64,000 nucleotides of DNA from positions 20,150,001 through 20,214,000 of the forward strand of contig JBHGNT010000007.1 in assembly GCA_043228905.1 (NCBI GenBank), read 5' to 3'. The notes beneath the pieces are model-generated. The model worked only from the letters and a program-made list of their open reading frames with translations, was not told the origin of the DNA and did no database searches. Shown piece by piece: positions 1 to 11,400 of this stretch (position 1 is the first letter of the stretch; the number at the start of each line of letters is the position of its first letter). The translations under genes were made by a program, and so were the position numbers. The DNA comes from Azolla caroliniana (taxonomy: Eukaryota > Plantae > Polypodiophyta).

Positions 1-23
1 GCCAAGGGAACCGGGTAGTCCCG

Positions 24-3000
24 GTGGAATCGGTCGAGATGTACGAGATCATTGCGAGAATGGAGCCGGATACGCTCCGCAAAGAAGAAGCAATGGTAAG
101 TACGAAATACAAGACCGTGGAGAAGAAGGTGAAACCGGCCGCGGGACCACTACCCGCCGATAGCGAACAAAAGAGGAAAGAAGTCTCGGGAGATCCGACA
201 CTTCGGAAGTCCGTGGATATCGGACATGCCTTCACGGATGAGACCCGGAAGAAACTTCGGATCGGTGGAGGTGGGTTCCTATTACAAAAAGAAGAAGAAC
301 GGTTTCGCGAGATGTTGGAGCAACACGGCAAAGCGTTTGCATTTACATCAAGGGAGATAGGGTGCGTCGATCCGAGAGTAGTGGAGCCGATGGTGATCTT
401 CACGATTGACCATGTACCGTGGAACCTGAAGCCGATTCCGGTGCCACAAGCGCATATTCCGAAAGTCATTGACTTGCTCAAGGAGAAGGTGGCGATGGGG
501 ATTCTAGAGCCATCAACTGCTCCGTACTCAAATCGATGGTTTACGGTTCCGAAGAAGAATGGGTCACTCCGATTTATCCAAGACTTGCAACCGGTGAATA
601 AGGTCACGATCCGGAACTCGGGAGTCGGTCCGATAGTGGACGAATTTGCGGAAGCTTTTGCCGGTCGTGCGATATACTCCATCGGAGACCTATACTCGGG
701 GTATGACCAATTCCAACTAGCCGTGGAGAGCCGAGACATCACAACCATGCGAACACCGATAGGATTAGTCCGAATGTGCACACTACCACAAGGAGTGACA
801 AACTCGGTTGCTCATATGATGAATGCGATGAACAAGGTGCTTCGAGACTGCATTCTGGAGATAACGATGCCGTTCCTCGATGACATTCCGATGAAAGGAT
901 GCGCGGTAGACGAAAAAGATGAGACTATGGATGATCGGGGATGCCGAAAGTTCGTGGTTGACCATATTCATGATTGCGAGAAAGTGTTGCGAAAGCTAGA
1001 AGATGTGCACCTAACACTTTCCGGGGAGAAATCGGCATTCGGGCAAGAAGAAATATTGGTGGTCGGACATCTATGTGGGCCCTACGGTCGAAGACCGTCA
1101 CCAACAAAGATCGATGCGATTCAAGCTATGGAGGAAGTATGCGAGTCAACATCCAAAGTCCGAAGGTTTCTCGGTGCATGTGCATTCTATCACATATGGA
1201 TTCCGCACTATGCACATATAGCGGACCCGCTCTACCACTTGTTGCGGAAAGGTAAGAAATTCGAATGGAAACCGGAACACACCAAAGCCATGAAGAAATT
1301 GAAGAAGACACTTCGGAGGGCGGAAGCACTTAAGAAGCCGAGCTACGACCGACCGATCATAGTAACGGTTGATACAAGTCCAACCGGTATCGGGTGGGTC
1401 ATCAATCAAGCCGACTCGGATGGTTCGCGGTATCCGATCCGATTCGGAGCAAAGGTTCTCAACGAAAGGCAATGTGGATATGCACAAGTCAAAAGAGAAC
1501 TGTGGGGAGTCGTGTCGGCGATAAAATCGGATCGGGATTATTTGATCGGAGCCGAAGTGGTGATCGAGACGGATTGTCTTTCGATACTCGGGATGATGCG
1601 GTGTTGTATGATACCGGATGTAGCTATGCTAAGGTGGGTTGCATATGTCAAGTCGCTTAATCCGGAGGTTCAACACATCTCGGGGAAGGACAACGCGGTA
1701 GCGGATATGTTATCAAGGGCTCGGTTCGGAGACGACATAACTGAATCGGATAATGAAGAAGTTTCCAAAGACTACTTCGCGTCGGAGCACATATGCCGAG
1801 TGAACGTAATCTGAGAATTCCGGGAAGAAGAATACGAGGGAGAAAGCTTGATGATCGGAAAGATGTTACAAGAGGCCGAGGATTCAACAAACGATAAAGG
1901 AAGAAGAGCTGAGATCCGAAGGAAGAAGAGGCAAGTCCAAAAGTTCTTCTTGGAAAACGGATTAATATGGAGGGCGCCGAAAAGACCGGATGGTATACCA
2001 CTTCGAGTAGTTGGGACAAAAGAGCAACGAAACCGGATAATCTCCGAGTTTCACGAATCCGATTGGGCTGGACACCGAGGAACATGGGCAACATTTGTGA
2101 AGATCAAGCAAAAATATTGGTGGAAGAAAATGTACAAAGATGTCGCGGAGTTCACGGAAAGCTGCGAGAAATGTCAAGTCTACTCCGGGGTTCGACATCG
2201 AGATAAGTTACATCCGACATTCTCACTGACAATCAACTTCAAGTGGATGGTCGACATAGCGGCCATGCCGACCGGGATCGGACAAAAGAAATACTTGGTA
2301 TTAGCTCGGGAAGATCTCACGAATCAAGTAGAAGGTCGAGCGCTTCAGAGGAGAACGTGTTCCGCGGTATGCCAATTTCTTTTGGAGGAAGTATTTTGCA
2401 GGTACGGGTGCGTAGGACAAGTGATTGCGGACCGGGGAGAACTCGACTCGGACAAAGCTAGGGGATTCTTCGCCAAACACGGAGTTCGATTATCGCTGAC
2501 AACGACATACAATCCGGAGGCCAACGGGAAAATCGAACGAGGACATAGTCCGATCGTGAAAGCACTTGCGAAGGCATGCGATGGCAAGGTGAAGGACTGG
2601 CCGCAGATGCTTCCGTATGCACTATGGGCGGATCAGACGACGCATAGCTCCGTAACCGGTTACATGCCGGCAGAACTCATGACCGGACAAGCACCGGTAA
2701 TGCCGACGGAAACCGCGATCGCAACATGGACAGTGCTACCGTGGAAGGAAGAGATGAGCCGGGAAGAACTACTAGCGGTCCGGATACGACAACTAGAGGG
2801 AAGACCGGCAGACATAGCGGAAGCAATACGCCGACAACAAGAAGCACGATTCCGGAACAAAAGCCAGTTCGACACAAAGCACCGACTACGACCAAGGAGG
2901 ATTGAAGAAGGAGATTGGGTGATTGTCTATGACAATAGTTTGGACCATCAACATACAACGATGCGGAAATTCGCGAAAAGGTGGTTCGGGCCATACGAGG

Positions 3001-3356
3001 TTCGGAAAGTCTTCGACAACGGAATGTACCGACTATCTGAGTTGGATGGAACAATACTACGAGTGCCTATAGCCGGGAAGTGGGTGAAGATTTTCAAGAA
3101 GCGGACCGACGACAAACCCTATGTGATCCAAGCCAAGGCCGACAACGAGGAGCAATCGGACGAAGACCACGGTGATGCGGGAAGCGAAGAAAGTGAATTA
3201 CAACTCATAGTCGACATAAGGGGAGAATCGGAGGAAGGTTTGGGTGAAGATGGATATGAGGAATCGAGAACTTCGGCACATACCGGAGGATGTGCGGGTT
3301 CGGAGGGGGCGAGTGTCGTAGTGTATTCCACACACGTCGTGAAAACCATAAAATAA
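24..3356 (+). pseudogene. pol: Gypsy A1 pol (RT, RNase H, integrase) with one in-frame stop
   Basis: ORFs 24-1814 and 1848-3356 share a frame and are separated by TGA at 1812-1814. Motifs: RT FLDD; RH VDTS..RFGAK..DC; INT H-x6-H..CEKC zinc finger, DDE core and WFGPY. Acidic tail, no chromodomain seen. Confidence 0.92.
3302..3313 (+). promoter_or_regulatory. Polypurine tract of A1
   Basis: GGAGGGGGCGAG immediately before the LTR TG. Confidence 0.85.
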
Positions 3357-4017
3357 TATATCCGATTTTAGATACATATAAATAAATAAATAATATATCA
3401 AAACATTTATCACGTGCATAGGGCAAGATTCAAACCTTGCACCTCCACATAGATAAACCCCAACTTTACCATTGTAATAACTTATCTTTAGTGTTATACA
3501 TATAGATTTAATACATATAAGACCTTTATTTATACATACCTTTATTAAAAGGTGAAAATCATGTATTCTTTAGGGTGTGAATATTTTATTTACACGTGAC
3601 ATTAAAAGTGACTCATGCACATCTAGCGTGCATGAGCTCTATACTTAGGAAATGACAAAGCATCACATGCACATTTAGTGTGCATGGACACTTTTGGTGA
3701 AAAAGCATGAAGCCATGCTTAGCCTCTTCCATCTTTATATAAGGAGGAGAGAAATATGTATAGGGTTGTTGATTAATATACAAGGATTGATCAATCTAAT
3801 ATATTCGTGGGATTCACGAATTTTTCCATCTAAATTACTCTTATAATCTAAATATTGTTTTAAATACACTAAACTCGTGGGATTCACGAGATTGCTATCT
3901 TACTTCTCTTTCCACTATTCATAACTAGCCTTAAGTTGTATTCCTCTTCCTCCTAGTCAAAAACCTCGGCGGTTCCCACCTGATTCACGCAACGATCCCG
4001 AGCCGAAAGGCACGACA
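3314..4017 (+). repeat. 3' LTR of A1 (AT-rich, 704 bp)
   Basis: TGTCGT..ACGACA inverted termini, follows PPT, TATATAA near 3736. Confidence 0.85.
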
Positions 4018-5911
4018 ACGTATAGGTGCGAGTATAATCTATTGAATCGGCAAGCACCGCCCGTCCGACAAATAGAGCCACGCAGCAGTTGGGATGAAGA
4101 AGAGGAACGCTGGCGGCGAATGGACCGCGACCGATCGGCACAGGATGTCCGGTATGGCGATCGACGGGAGAATGATTGCCGGTACGATGATCGGCGGGAT
4201 AACTACGACCGGTACGATAGATATGATCGGTACCGGGATTACAATAGACGATACGAACATTACGACCGGGAGCACTCCCCCGGGTATCGTCAGCAACGGG
4301 AGGAATATGGCAGATATAATGACCAACCTCGTCAAGAGTACCGCAATAAGAAGAACTATAACAAAAAATGGCATTTCAAAAAAGGCGGCCACCCACGGGA
4401 TCCGGAACAAGGAGCTTCAAGCAGCCAATCGGCCCAAAACCCCGCGCTTACCACAGGACCTGCCCCGGGTACAACAAACAATGCTGAATCTAGCAATACC
4501 TGGAAAGCCTACTACTACTACTGCCGACAGGAAGGCCATTATAGTAATTAATGCCCAGCGAAGAGCTATGACAAACGACCGGTAGTAAATATGGTAGTCC
4601 CTGAAGTGGCAGATCCGCAGCAGGTGACCACAAGGTCGAAGGGCGTGGCCAAGGAATGGGAGACGCAGGAGACCATTCGGAAGCAAGCGACGGAATGGGT
4701 GAAGAAAGCAAATGAGCAAAACTTAATAGACTTAGAGCGGCAAAAGGAGATTACCGTAGGGCTTGCCGGCGGCAGTCACTCCGAGAACGAGACATGGCAG
4801 GTGTTGCAAGAATGCCAGATTACGCTACCACTAGGAAGACTCCTACAGCTCGTGCCGAGATTCACGGAAGGACTGAAGACAGCCATGACGGAAGGAGAAT
4901 CATCACCGACACTCTTCTCGAATCCGGAGGAGGAACCAACGGTGGTGGACACCAACAATCCGGTAATTACTGCCATTGTAAAAGGGAAAGAACTCCCCGA
5001 CACAGTAATAGACGGAGGCTCCGGTGTGAATGTAATAAGCCTCCGGACGTGTGATGCCCTGGGAATCCACGAGTGGGAGCCGTGTCCGTTCTGGTTATGG
5101 ATGGACGATACAAGCTCAGTGCGGCCGACAACATTAATACGAAAATTAGAAGTCACCGTTGGCGGTCATACATTTCACATCTCGGCAGTAGTGCTACAAT
5201 TACAGGCACAAGGCATGTACCCGCTATTGCTGGGGCGGCCGTGGTTGAAAACGACACATATCAAACAGAATTGGAGCATACAAAACGAGCATCCAAACAA
5301 CACCGTTCCGGTTAGCGTTCGGACTAGAGGCGGTCATTCCGGTTGAATTCCAAGTACCAAGCTTACGGGTCCAGCTACGGGAACGGCTGAACGAGAAGGA
5401 GTCGGAGGCAATACGGTTAACAACGCTGTGTGAACTCGAGGAACAATGACTGGCAAGCATCCTGCACTTAGAATTGGAACAACGGCGACGGTAAGCATTT
5501 GTCGACCGACACAGGAATGGAAATGAAAAAATGTTCGAAATCGGCAAGCCGGTGTTAGTATTTCAGACCCGGATGGGCAAGATGCCGGGTAAACTACAGT
5601 TTGGATGGATTGGCCTGTATTGGCTGACACGTGAGTATAATGGGTCCTACTAGTTAGGGACACTTGCCGGCGAAGTGCTAGGCAAATGGGTCAACGGATT
5701 TAGATTGAAGCCATATAGAGGACCGATGCCCAAGAACCCATTTGAGCAAAGGACCGACACAGGATCGGGAACCGGTGCGGAAACGGCAACCTATGAGGGA
5801 AACGGCAACCACCAAGACGAAGGAGACGGCAAGCCAGTAATAGGGGAGAATGAGGCGACGAAAAACCGTAATGAGGCCGGTAAGGGTCCGATAGGACCAA
5901 CGGACAAGTAA
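4018..5911 (+). pseudogene. B1 gag C-terminus, protease and integrase tail (RT, RH and most of INT deleted)
   Basis: Zinc knuckle remnant YYCRQEGHYSN*, protease IDGGSGVN..LLLGRPW, then junction to the integrase C-terminus (~2.7 kb missing relative to B2). Confidence 0.88.
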
Positions 5912-6284
5912 CCTCACAATACATTTAAAAAGAAAAGAAAAGAAAAGCGAAGTAATCATGCAAAAGCAAGGTATGAATGGACGAGAGAGCGAGGAGCGAA
6001 AAGGTACGTAGTGGGCATTTAAGCGCCGCCACAGGACATAATGCTATTTTAGGACACAACGTGCACACGCTCGAAAAAGGCGCCAGAATGCACAGAGAAA
6101 AACCACAGCGCATGAAGACCTTCTCATTTCGCGAACCCAGGAGCACAGAAGCACCAAGGTGTTGGCAGATCACCAGACGAGAACCTACGCACAGAGAACC
6201 CCCGCTTTCTAAACTCTCTCTCTCTCTCTCACTCACTCTCATCACCATCCAACCTCGCCACCACAATCCGACCTCGACACAGAC

Positions 6285-9101
6285 ATGGACCCGCAAATGC
6301 TGTCGGAAGCCGCGAAGAAATGGCTAAAGCAAAACGGGCTCGAGGGCTTCTTGACGATTATGGAGGCACCGCCACACAAAGAAGCCGACAAGGTGATCAA
6401 AGAAATCGACATAAAGGTCATAACGGAGGAGGCGATCCGTGCGTTAACAGGCCTTCCGGAGGGAGGCATATTCACGATCGACAATCCGACCTCGGAGCAA
6501 CTCATCAAGTATTTTGGTGAGTACTCCCTAGCCAACAAGGGCTACTGGACACAGGGCGGCGGAGATATGCTGTTCCGCGAGATTGCCCGTGTGCTCCACG
6601 AATACGACCATGTGTACCCTAGATCCCCTGTCATGCCGCAGAACTGGGCAGGGATGATCATCGCCATCTATGAAGGGATCAAGGTGGATTGGCCGGTATT
6701 GATCGCAGACGGTTTGTGTGCGGCGATCGAGATCGTTAGAGGAAAAGATGGCAAAGAAGGCCGGGACGGACGGAAGATATGGCACGCAGTAACGCAGTGG
6801 CTCACCTTGCTTGTGCCACCCGTCCAGCCCGTCCAACCCAAGAAGCGGGGAAGAGTGGCGGACGACACCCCAAAGACTGCTTCCAAAAGACAACAGCTGT
6901 TGGCCTCTAAGGCCACTAAGGGGAAGGCGGTGGACGCAGAACAGGCGGGAAAGGAGAGCGACAGCCGGAAGCGACCAACGGATGCGCAGGAGGAACCACC
7001 GGTACGGCCCGTAAAGATTACACTCCGCCGACCGGTGAATAGAGAAGCGGACCCCTTCGCGGCGAAACTCAATGTTGGGATTCAGGAAGAGGAAATAGAG
7101 GAGGAGCCTACGAAGCACCTCCAGCGACGGTCATCGGCAAGGACCGTTGAGGCAGCCGGGAAACGTTCGGACCCTCAGACGGAGGGAACACCGGCTCCCC
7201 ATATTGAGACTCCCACGCCAAGGGAGGAACCGGAACCGGTGCGCATGGCACCGGAATCAGAAGCCCCTGCACCACCGGCAGCACCGGCAAGTCTCGTTCC
7301 GCCAGAGCCGGAAAGGTCAATGCAGCCTCCCTCGGCCAACCAAGAAGAAGCGCAAGGGGAACCAGTACAACAGGGTGGTCCACGGGCAGAAACGGAATTG
7401 CAACTCGGAGCAATCAGGTGGGACCACCCACCCACAAGCGAGCCTATCCGTCAAATCTCCGTGCAAGCACAACAACAATGCACCGGTAGCCTGTGGCTCC
7501 GGTGGATAGGCGAACAGATTGCCGGAGCAGTGGGGTATATTGAGGCAGAAGAAAGAGCGCAAAGCGAATGGTTGCTCATCACAACCGAACAACTAGAGAC
7601 GGCCCGGTCCAGAATCCGGTGCCTTGAAAAAGACTTGGATCAGGTCATGACAGAAATGGCCAAAATGGCCTTAACGGCAACACAGATCCAAGCACTGGTG
7701 ACTCCGGTAAGTGTACAGAGTAAAGAAACAGACCAACCTATACATACTAATAAGACCCCGGCAACGGAAACCGTTCTAGAGAGAGATGCAGCGCAAGTCC
7801 AGGAGCTTGCGGAATTGAGAGATGAACTTGCCGCACAAGAAGCGCTAAGGAGCTGTGAACGGGAATTAAAGACAGCGGCCGAAGCAGAATTAAAGAAGAC
7901 TGCTGAGAACCTCCGCTGGGCAGAGGAGAGCCTCTAGAAAGGCCATCAAGCTTACGACCAGCTAAGGGAGGAAAAAGAGAAAGTGCTGCAGGAAAAGGAC
8001 AAGTTGCGGAAGACGGCGGAAACGGAAATTGAACGGCTAAAGGAGGAGCTTCGCCAGCAGAAGGACTGCGAGGACCGGGCCCGTCGACAGATCAACGTAT
8101 GACTCAAGCAAAAGACAGATGATTTTGACCGCGAGGACCGGGCCCGGGACTACAAACGGCTGGAAACGGAGCATAAGGAAAGGATGGCCAAGCTCTGGCA
8201 GGAAGTTGATCAGGCCGCGACGGCGCTCGCCGACGAACGAGCAGAAAATACAAGACGGCTGGACGAGGCGGAGAGGGTCCGGATGGAGCTCCAGAGGCAG
8301 CAGCAGGAAGAAAGGGAGAGAGCGTCAACGGTATTGAAAAAATTACAAAGCACATATCAAGGGCAATTGACGCATTACAAGGAGCAGGCAGAAGACAACG
8401 TCAAAATCATCAAGCAATTGAAGGAGGAACGACAAGCTGCGGATATCAAATCGCAGATGGGAACGGGCCAGATTCAGTGCATCCTCCGGGCATGGCTGAA
8501 TCAGACAAAACGCTTGATTGACGAAAGCTCCGTAAGATGGTGGACAAAGTGGGCACAAAATACGGCGGAACTCCAATTGCTATGGGCAGACGTGGAAAAC
8601 CGGCGGAAGGAAGGAGATGATTATTACACGTTGACTTCCGAGGACTTCATCGCCATATGGGACGAGCTGGCCGAAGACTTCCAAGTCCTGGCGGACGAAC
8701 AACTGGTGCAGGTCTGACAACTCGTAGCTCAGCTAGACGATGATAGGCTGGACGCTCAAATCCAGTTTGAGAGCTACGAGCGGTCTTGGGTTCGGGAAGA
8801 AAAAGCACGGGAAGCGGCAACGGTTAACCTTAGTGATGAGGAACCGTCGCCGGACGAGGGCTAGGCCGGAACCAGTCAACCGGAGACCACTACGACGGAG
8901 GGAGCAACGACGGTAATGCCGGTGTCAGAGCAACAAACGGAGGAGCAGCCACACCGGCCACCAACGGACCAGTCGCAGCAGCCATCAACGGGGCAACAAC
9001 AGCAGCAGCAGCAACCACAACAACAACAACAACAACCAATTCCAGATGAACCATTGGAGACTCTCGAACAAAGCATTCTGGATATTTTGGACGAAGAATA
9101 G
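6285..9101 (+). pseudogene. B1 extra 3' ORF (env-position ORF, ~938 codons): N-terminal globular domain, Pro/Glu-rich linker, long coiled coil, polyQ/acidic tail
   Basis: ORFs at 6285, 8184 and 8916 share one frame, interrupted by stops at 7935, 8100, 8715 and 8862. Homologous segments in B2 (27596 onward) and B3 (48926-50096). Confidence 0.85.
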
Positions 9102-9137
9102 CAAGGGTCGGATGGTGGATTCGACGTACAAGGTACT

Positions 9138-9154
9138 GTCCCACGGGCGTGCCA
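9138..9154 (+). other. tRNA-Arg 3'-end-like sequence (inverted PBS) occupying the PPT position of B1
   Basis: GTCCCACGGGCGTGCCA, then TG, then LTR. Identical in B3. No purine run adjacent to the LTR. Confidence 0.7.
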
Positions 9155-9156
9155 TG

Positions 9157-9591
9157 TGTTACCGGCCGACAAAGGAGTCCAAAGTGTGAAACGAAGGAGT
9201 TATTTAATTATTAAGGAATGGTTGTAAGTGAGCTATTAGTGTGGACGGACGGACCGGAATCGGTATGCCGTTCCGGATCCGGACCGATCCCGAACAGGTG
9301 CGGATGGCACCGTTTTGTACTACAAACCGGAAACCTACTTAAAGGCCCGGATACAATGTACTGTGTAGCGGATAATTAATGAAGCTTAGTGTTTTTATCT
9401 CTGTGTGTTAATTGCCATTCTGCATTCATTGTTATATCTTACGCGTGCGATTATTAAGGACGATCTTGCTAAGTAACCTAATTAAGTCGGATTAATCATT
9501 GAGCCTAATCCTCTTGCCGTAACACCCCTTTGGTGAAGTGTCTTCCGTAGACACCCTGTGTTAGGCCATTGTCCGGCCCTAAGAGTTAACA
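9157..9591 (+). repeat. 3' LTR of B1
   Basis: TGTTA..TAACA termini; matches LTRs at 21312, 48439 and 56296. Confidence 0.93.
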
Positions 9592-10729
9592 GATATCAAG
9601 AAAAAAAGCAAAGTGTTTCTAAGTTTTCGTAATTTCCTAAGTATTTTGTTTTACTTGATCTATTGGTTATCCCACTAACTATATGGTTTACCTACGTCCC
9701 TAGTAAACCAAATGCCATCTTTCTTTCCATTTTTTAAAAAATTTTGGCGCTAACAAACAAGATCCTACAATTGTCCCAAAGAGAAGAGCCTTCGACTCCA
9801 CCCTTTCGTCGACTTTGCTTTACCTTGGACTCTGCCCTCCCTTTGACTATGTCTTACCGTCGACTCTGTCCTCCCTTTGACTATGCCTTTCCTTTGACTC
9901 TGTCCTCCCTTCGACTTTTCCCTCCCTTCAACAATTTTCCTTTCATCGACTTTGCTCTCCCTTCAACCTATTCATGGGTGGGGGTTCAAGCGTGCGGGGA
10001 GAGAGGGAGAGAGAGACAGAGAATGAGAGGGAAAATCGAGATAGACACAAGTTGAGGGGTAACTTCCTTTTCATGCCCCATGGGTGGGGTTTATATAGTA
10101 CAAGATCAAGACAATACAAAAGGCCAAATGGGGGTAGTTACACCTACTTACCCCACTCTTGTAGACATGCACACAAAAAACCAAATGAGCAATGTGTACA
10201 CACACACACACACACATCCTCACGCATCCTCACACATTACACATTTTATGTTTACACATTACACCTTAACCCTCCTGTACACCTATATGGGTAACACCTA
10301 GCACACCTGTGGGACAATGCATTGCACGTCAAACCCACATGCCCATGCCAAAAACTCGTCGACTGGAACTCCATCAGTCTTCTCTTCTCTCGTCGGTCGG
10401 AAATCCCTCGACCGGATCACTGCTCTACCATGGATAACTTCGATCAAAGCTTTCTTGACACGAACCTTCTCGTTTAGTCAACACATCTCATGATTGCATC
10501 ACACACCAATCGGCACGTCCACTATGGTAAAGTCTTTTAGGTTTAAAAATGATTTTGGGTGTATGTGTATTTCTATTTATTTTTCTTCATTGGTGTGAGT
10601 AGTGAGGAGTTTTTTGTACCCTTGAGTTTACGAAATTCTATTTCGTACCCCTCAATTTTTGAAATTCGATTAATTGCCCTCGAGTTTTAAAAATTCTCCA
10701 TTTGCCCTTCAATTTTCGTCTCTTCCTCA

Positions 10730-11080
10730 AGCTTTTGATATTTCTCAGTATGTCCCTCTCTTCCTCGTCTTTTCTTCGTTTTCTTTTTCTTTCTTTCTTC
10801 TCTGTCTCTATCTTCTTCTTGCGTTCCTTCTTCTCCTCCTCCTACTGTTTCTTCTTCCTCCTCCTCTTTTCTTCTTTCTCCTTATTGCTTTCTTCTTCTT
10901 CGTTTGTTGTTTCTGTCTCATTCTTCTCTTCTTCTTCTTCCTTCTATTGTGTCTCGGTTTCTTCCTCATTCTCCTTTCGTTTCTTCTTCCTTCTTCCCTC
11001 TTCTTTCTTGTTTTGTTTTGTTTTGTTTTCTTCTCTTGTCTTCTCTGTCTTCTGATTTCTTCTTTTATTCTTCTTACTCT
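10730..11080. repeat. CT-rich low-complexity / degenerate (CTT)n tract
   Basis: Nearly pure C/T sequence. Confidence 0.85.
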
Positions 11081-11400
11081 GTCGGTCATTTGCCTATTGT
11101 TCAACTGGCTGTCCCTCGGTCCTCACTCGGCCCCATCTCGGCCGTCTCTCGACTCTTGGCCGACTCTCGGCTATCCGGCTTTATATGTGGCTATTTCCAT
11201 TTCCGGCCATCTTTGTCCAGTGGCTACCTGATCGTCTATCCGGCTAGCCTCATCTGGTCGACTGTCTCGGGCGAGCTCTCTGTCCGTCTCGGTTGGCTTG
11301 AGCTCTTCTCAACTGCTTTCCAGGCTGTCTCTGGCTGTTGACAATTTCAATAGCCGTCTGTCTCTCTATTCGGCTATTGGACCACTTTGTCTGCCTCTCA

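Larger units (their letters stand above)
1..4017 (+). mobile_element. Ty3/Gypsy LTR retrotransposon A1 (3' half; 5' part outside window), inserted into gag of B1
   Basis: RT-RH-INT order, then PPT, then an LTR with TGTCGT...ACGACA termini. Sequence after 4017 resumes B-family gag (compare 22647 onward). Confidence 0.93.
4018..9591 (+). mobile_element. Gypsy B1 (non-chromovirus, Athila/Phygy-like), 3' part, internally deleted
   Basis: Near-identical to B2/B3. Protease end is joined directly to integrase end at ~5276. Extra ORF and 3' LTR present. Confidence 0.92.

Noticed and set aside
4039-4585. Ile/Val- or Thr/Met-rich overlapping ORFs repeated in all B copies
   Set aside because: Alternative frames of the repetitive RDY-rich gag segment
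6285-9101. Calling the extra ORF a retroviral envelope gene
   Set aside because: No signal peptide, fusion peptide or transmembrane helix visible
8876-9172. Poly-Cys/poly-Val ORFs (also 48856-49139)
   Set aside because: Antisense or alternative frames of the (CAA/CAG)n polyQ tract
10674-11231. 185-aa very hydrophobic ORF and its antisense Lys/Arg-rich ORF
   Set aside because: Translation artefact of a CT-rich low-complexity tract
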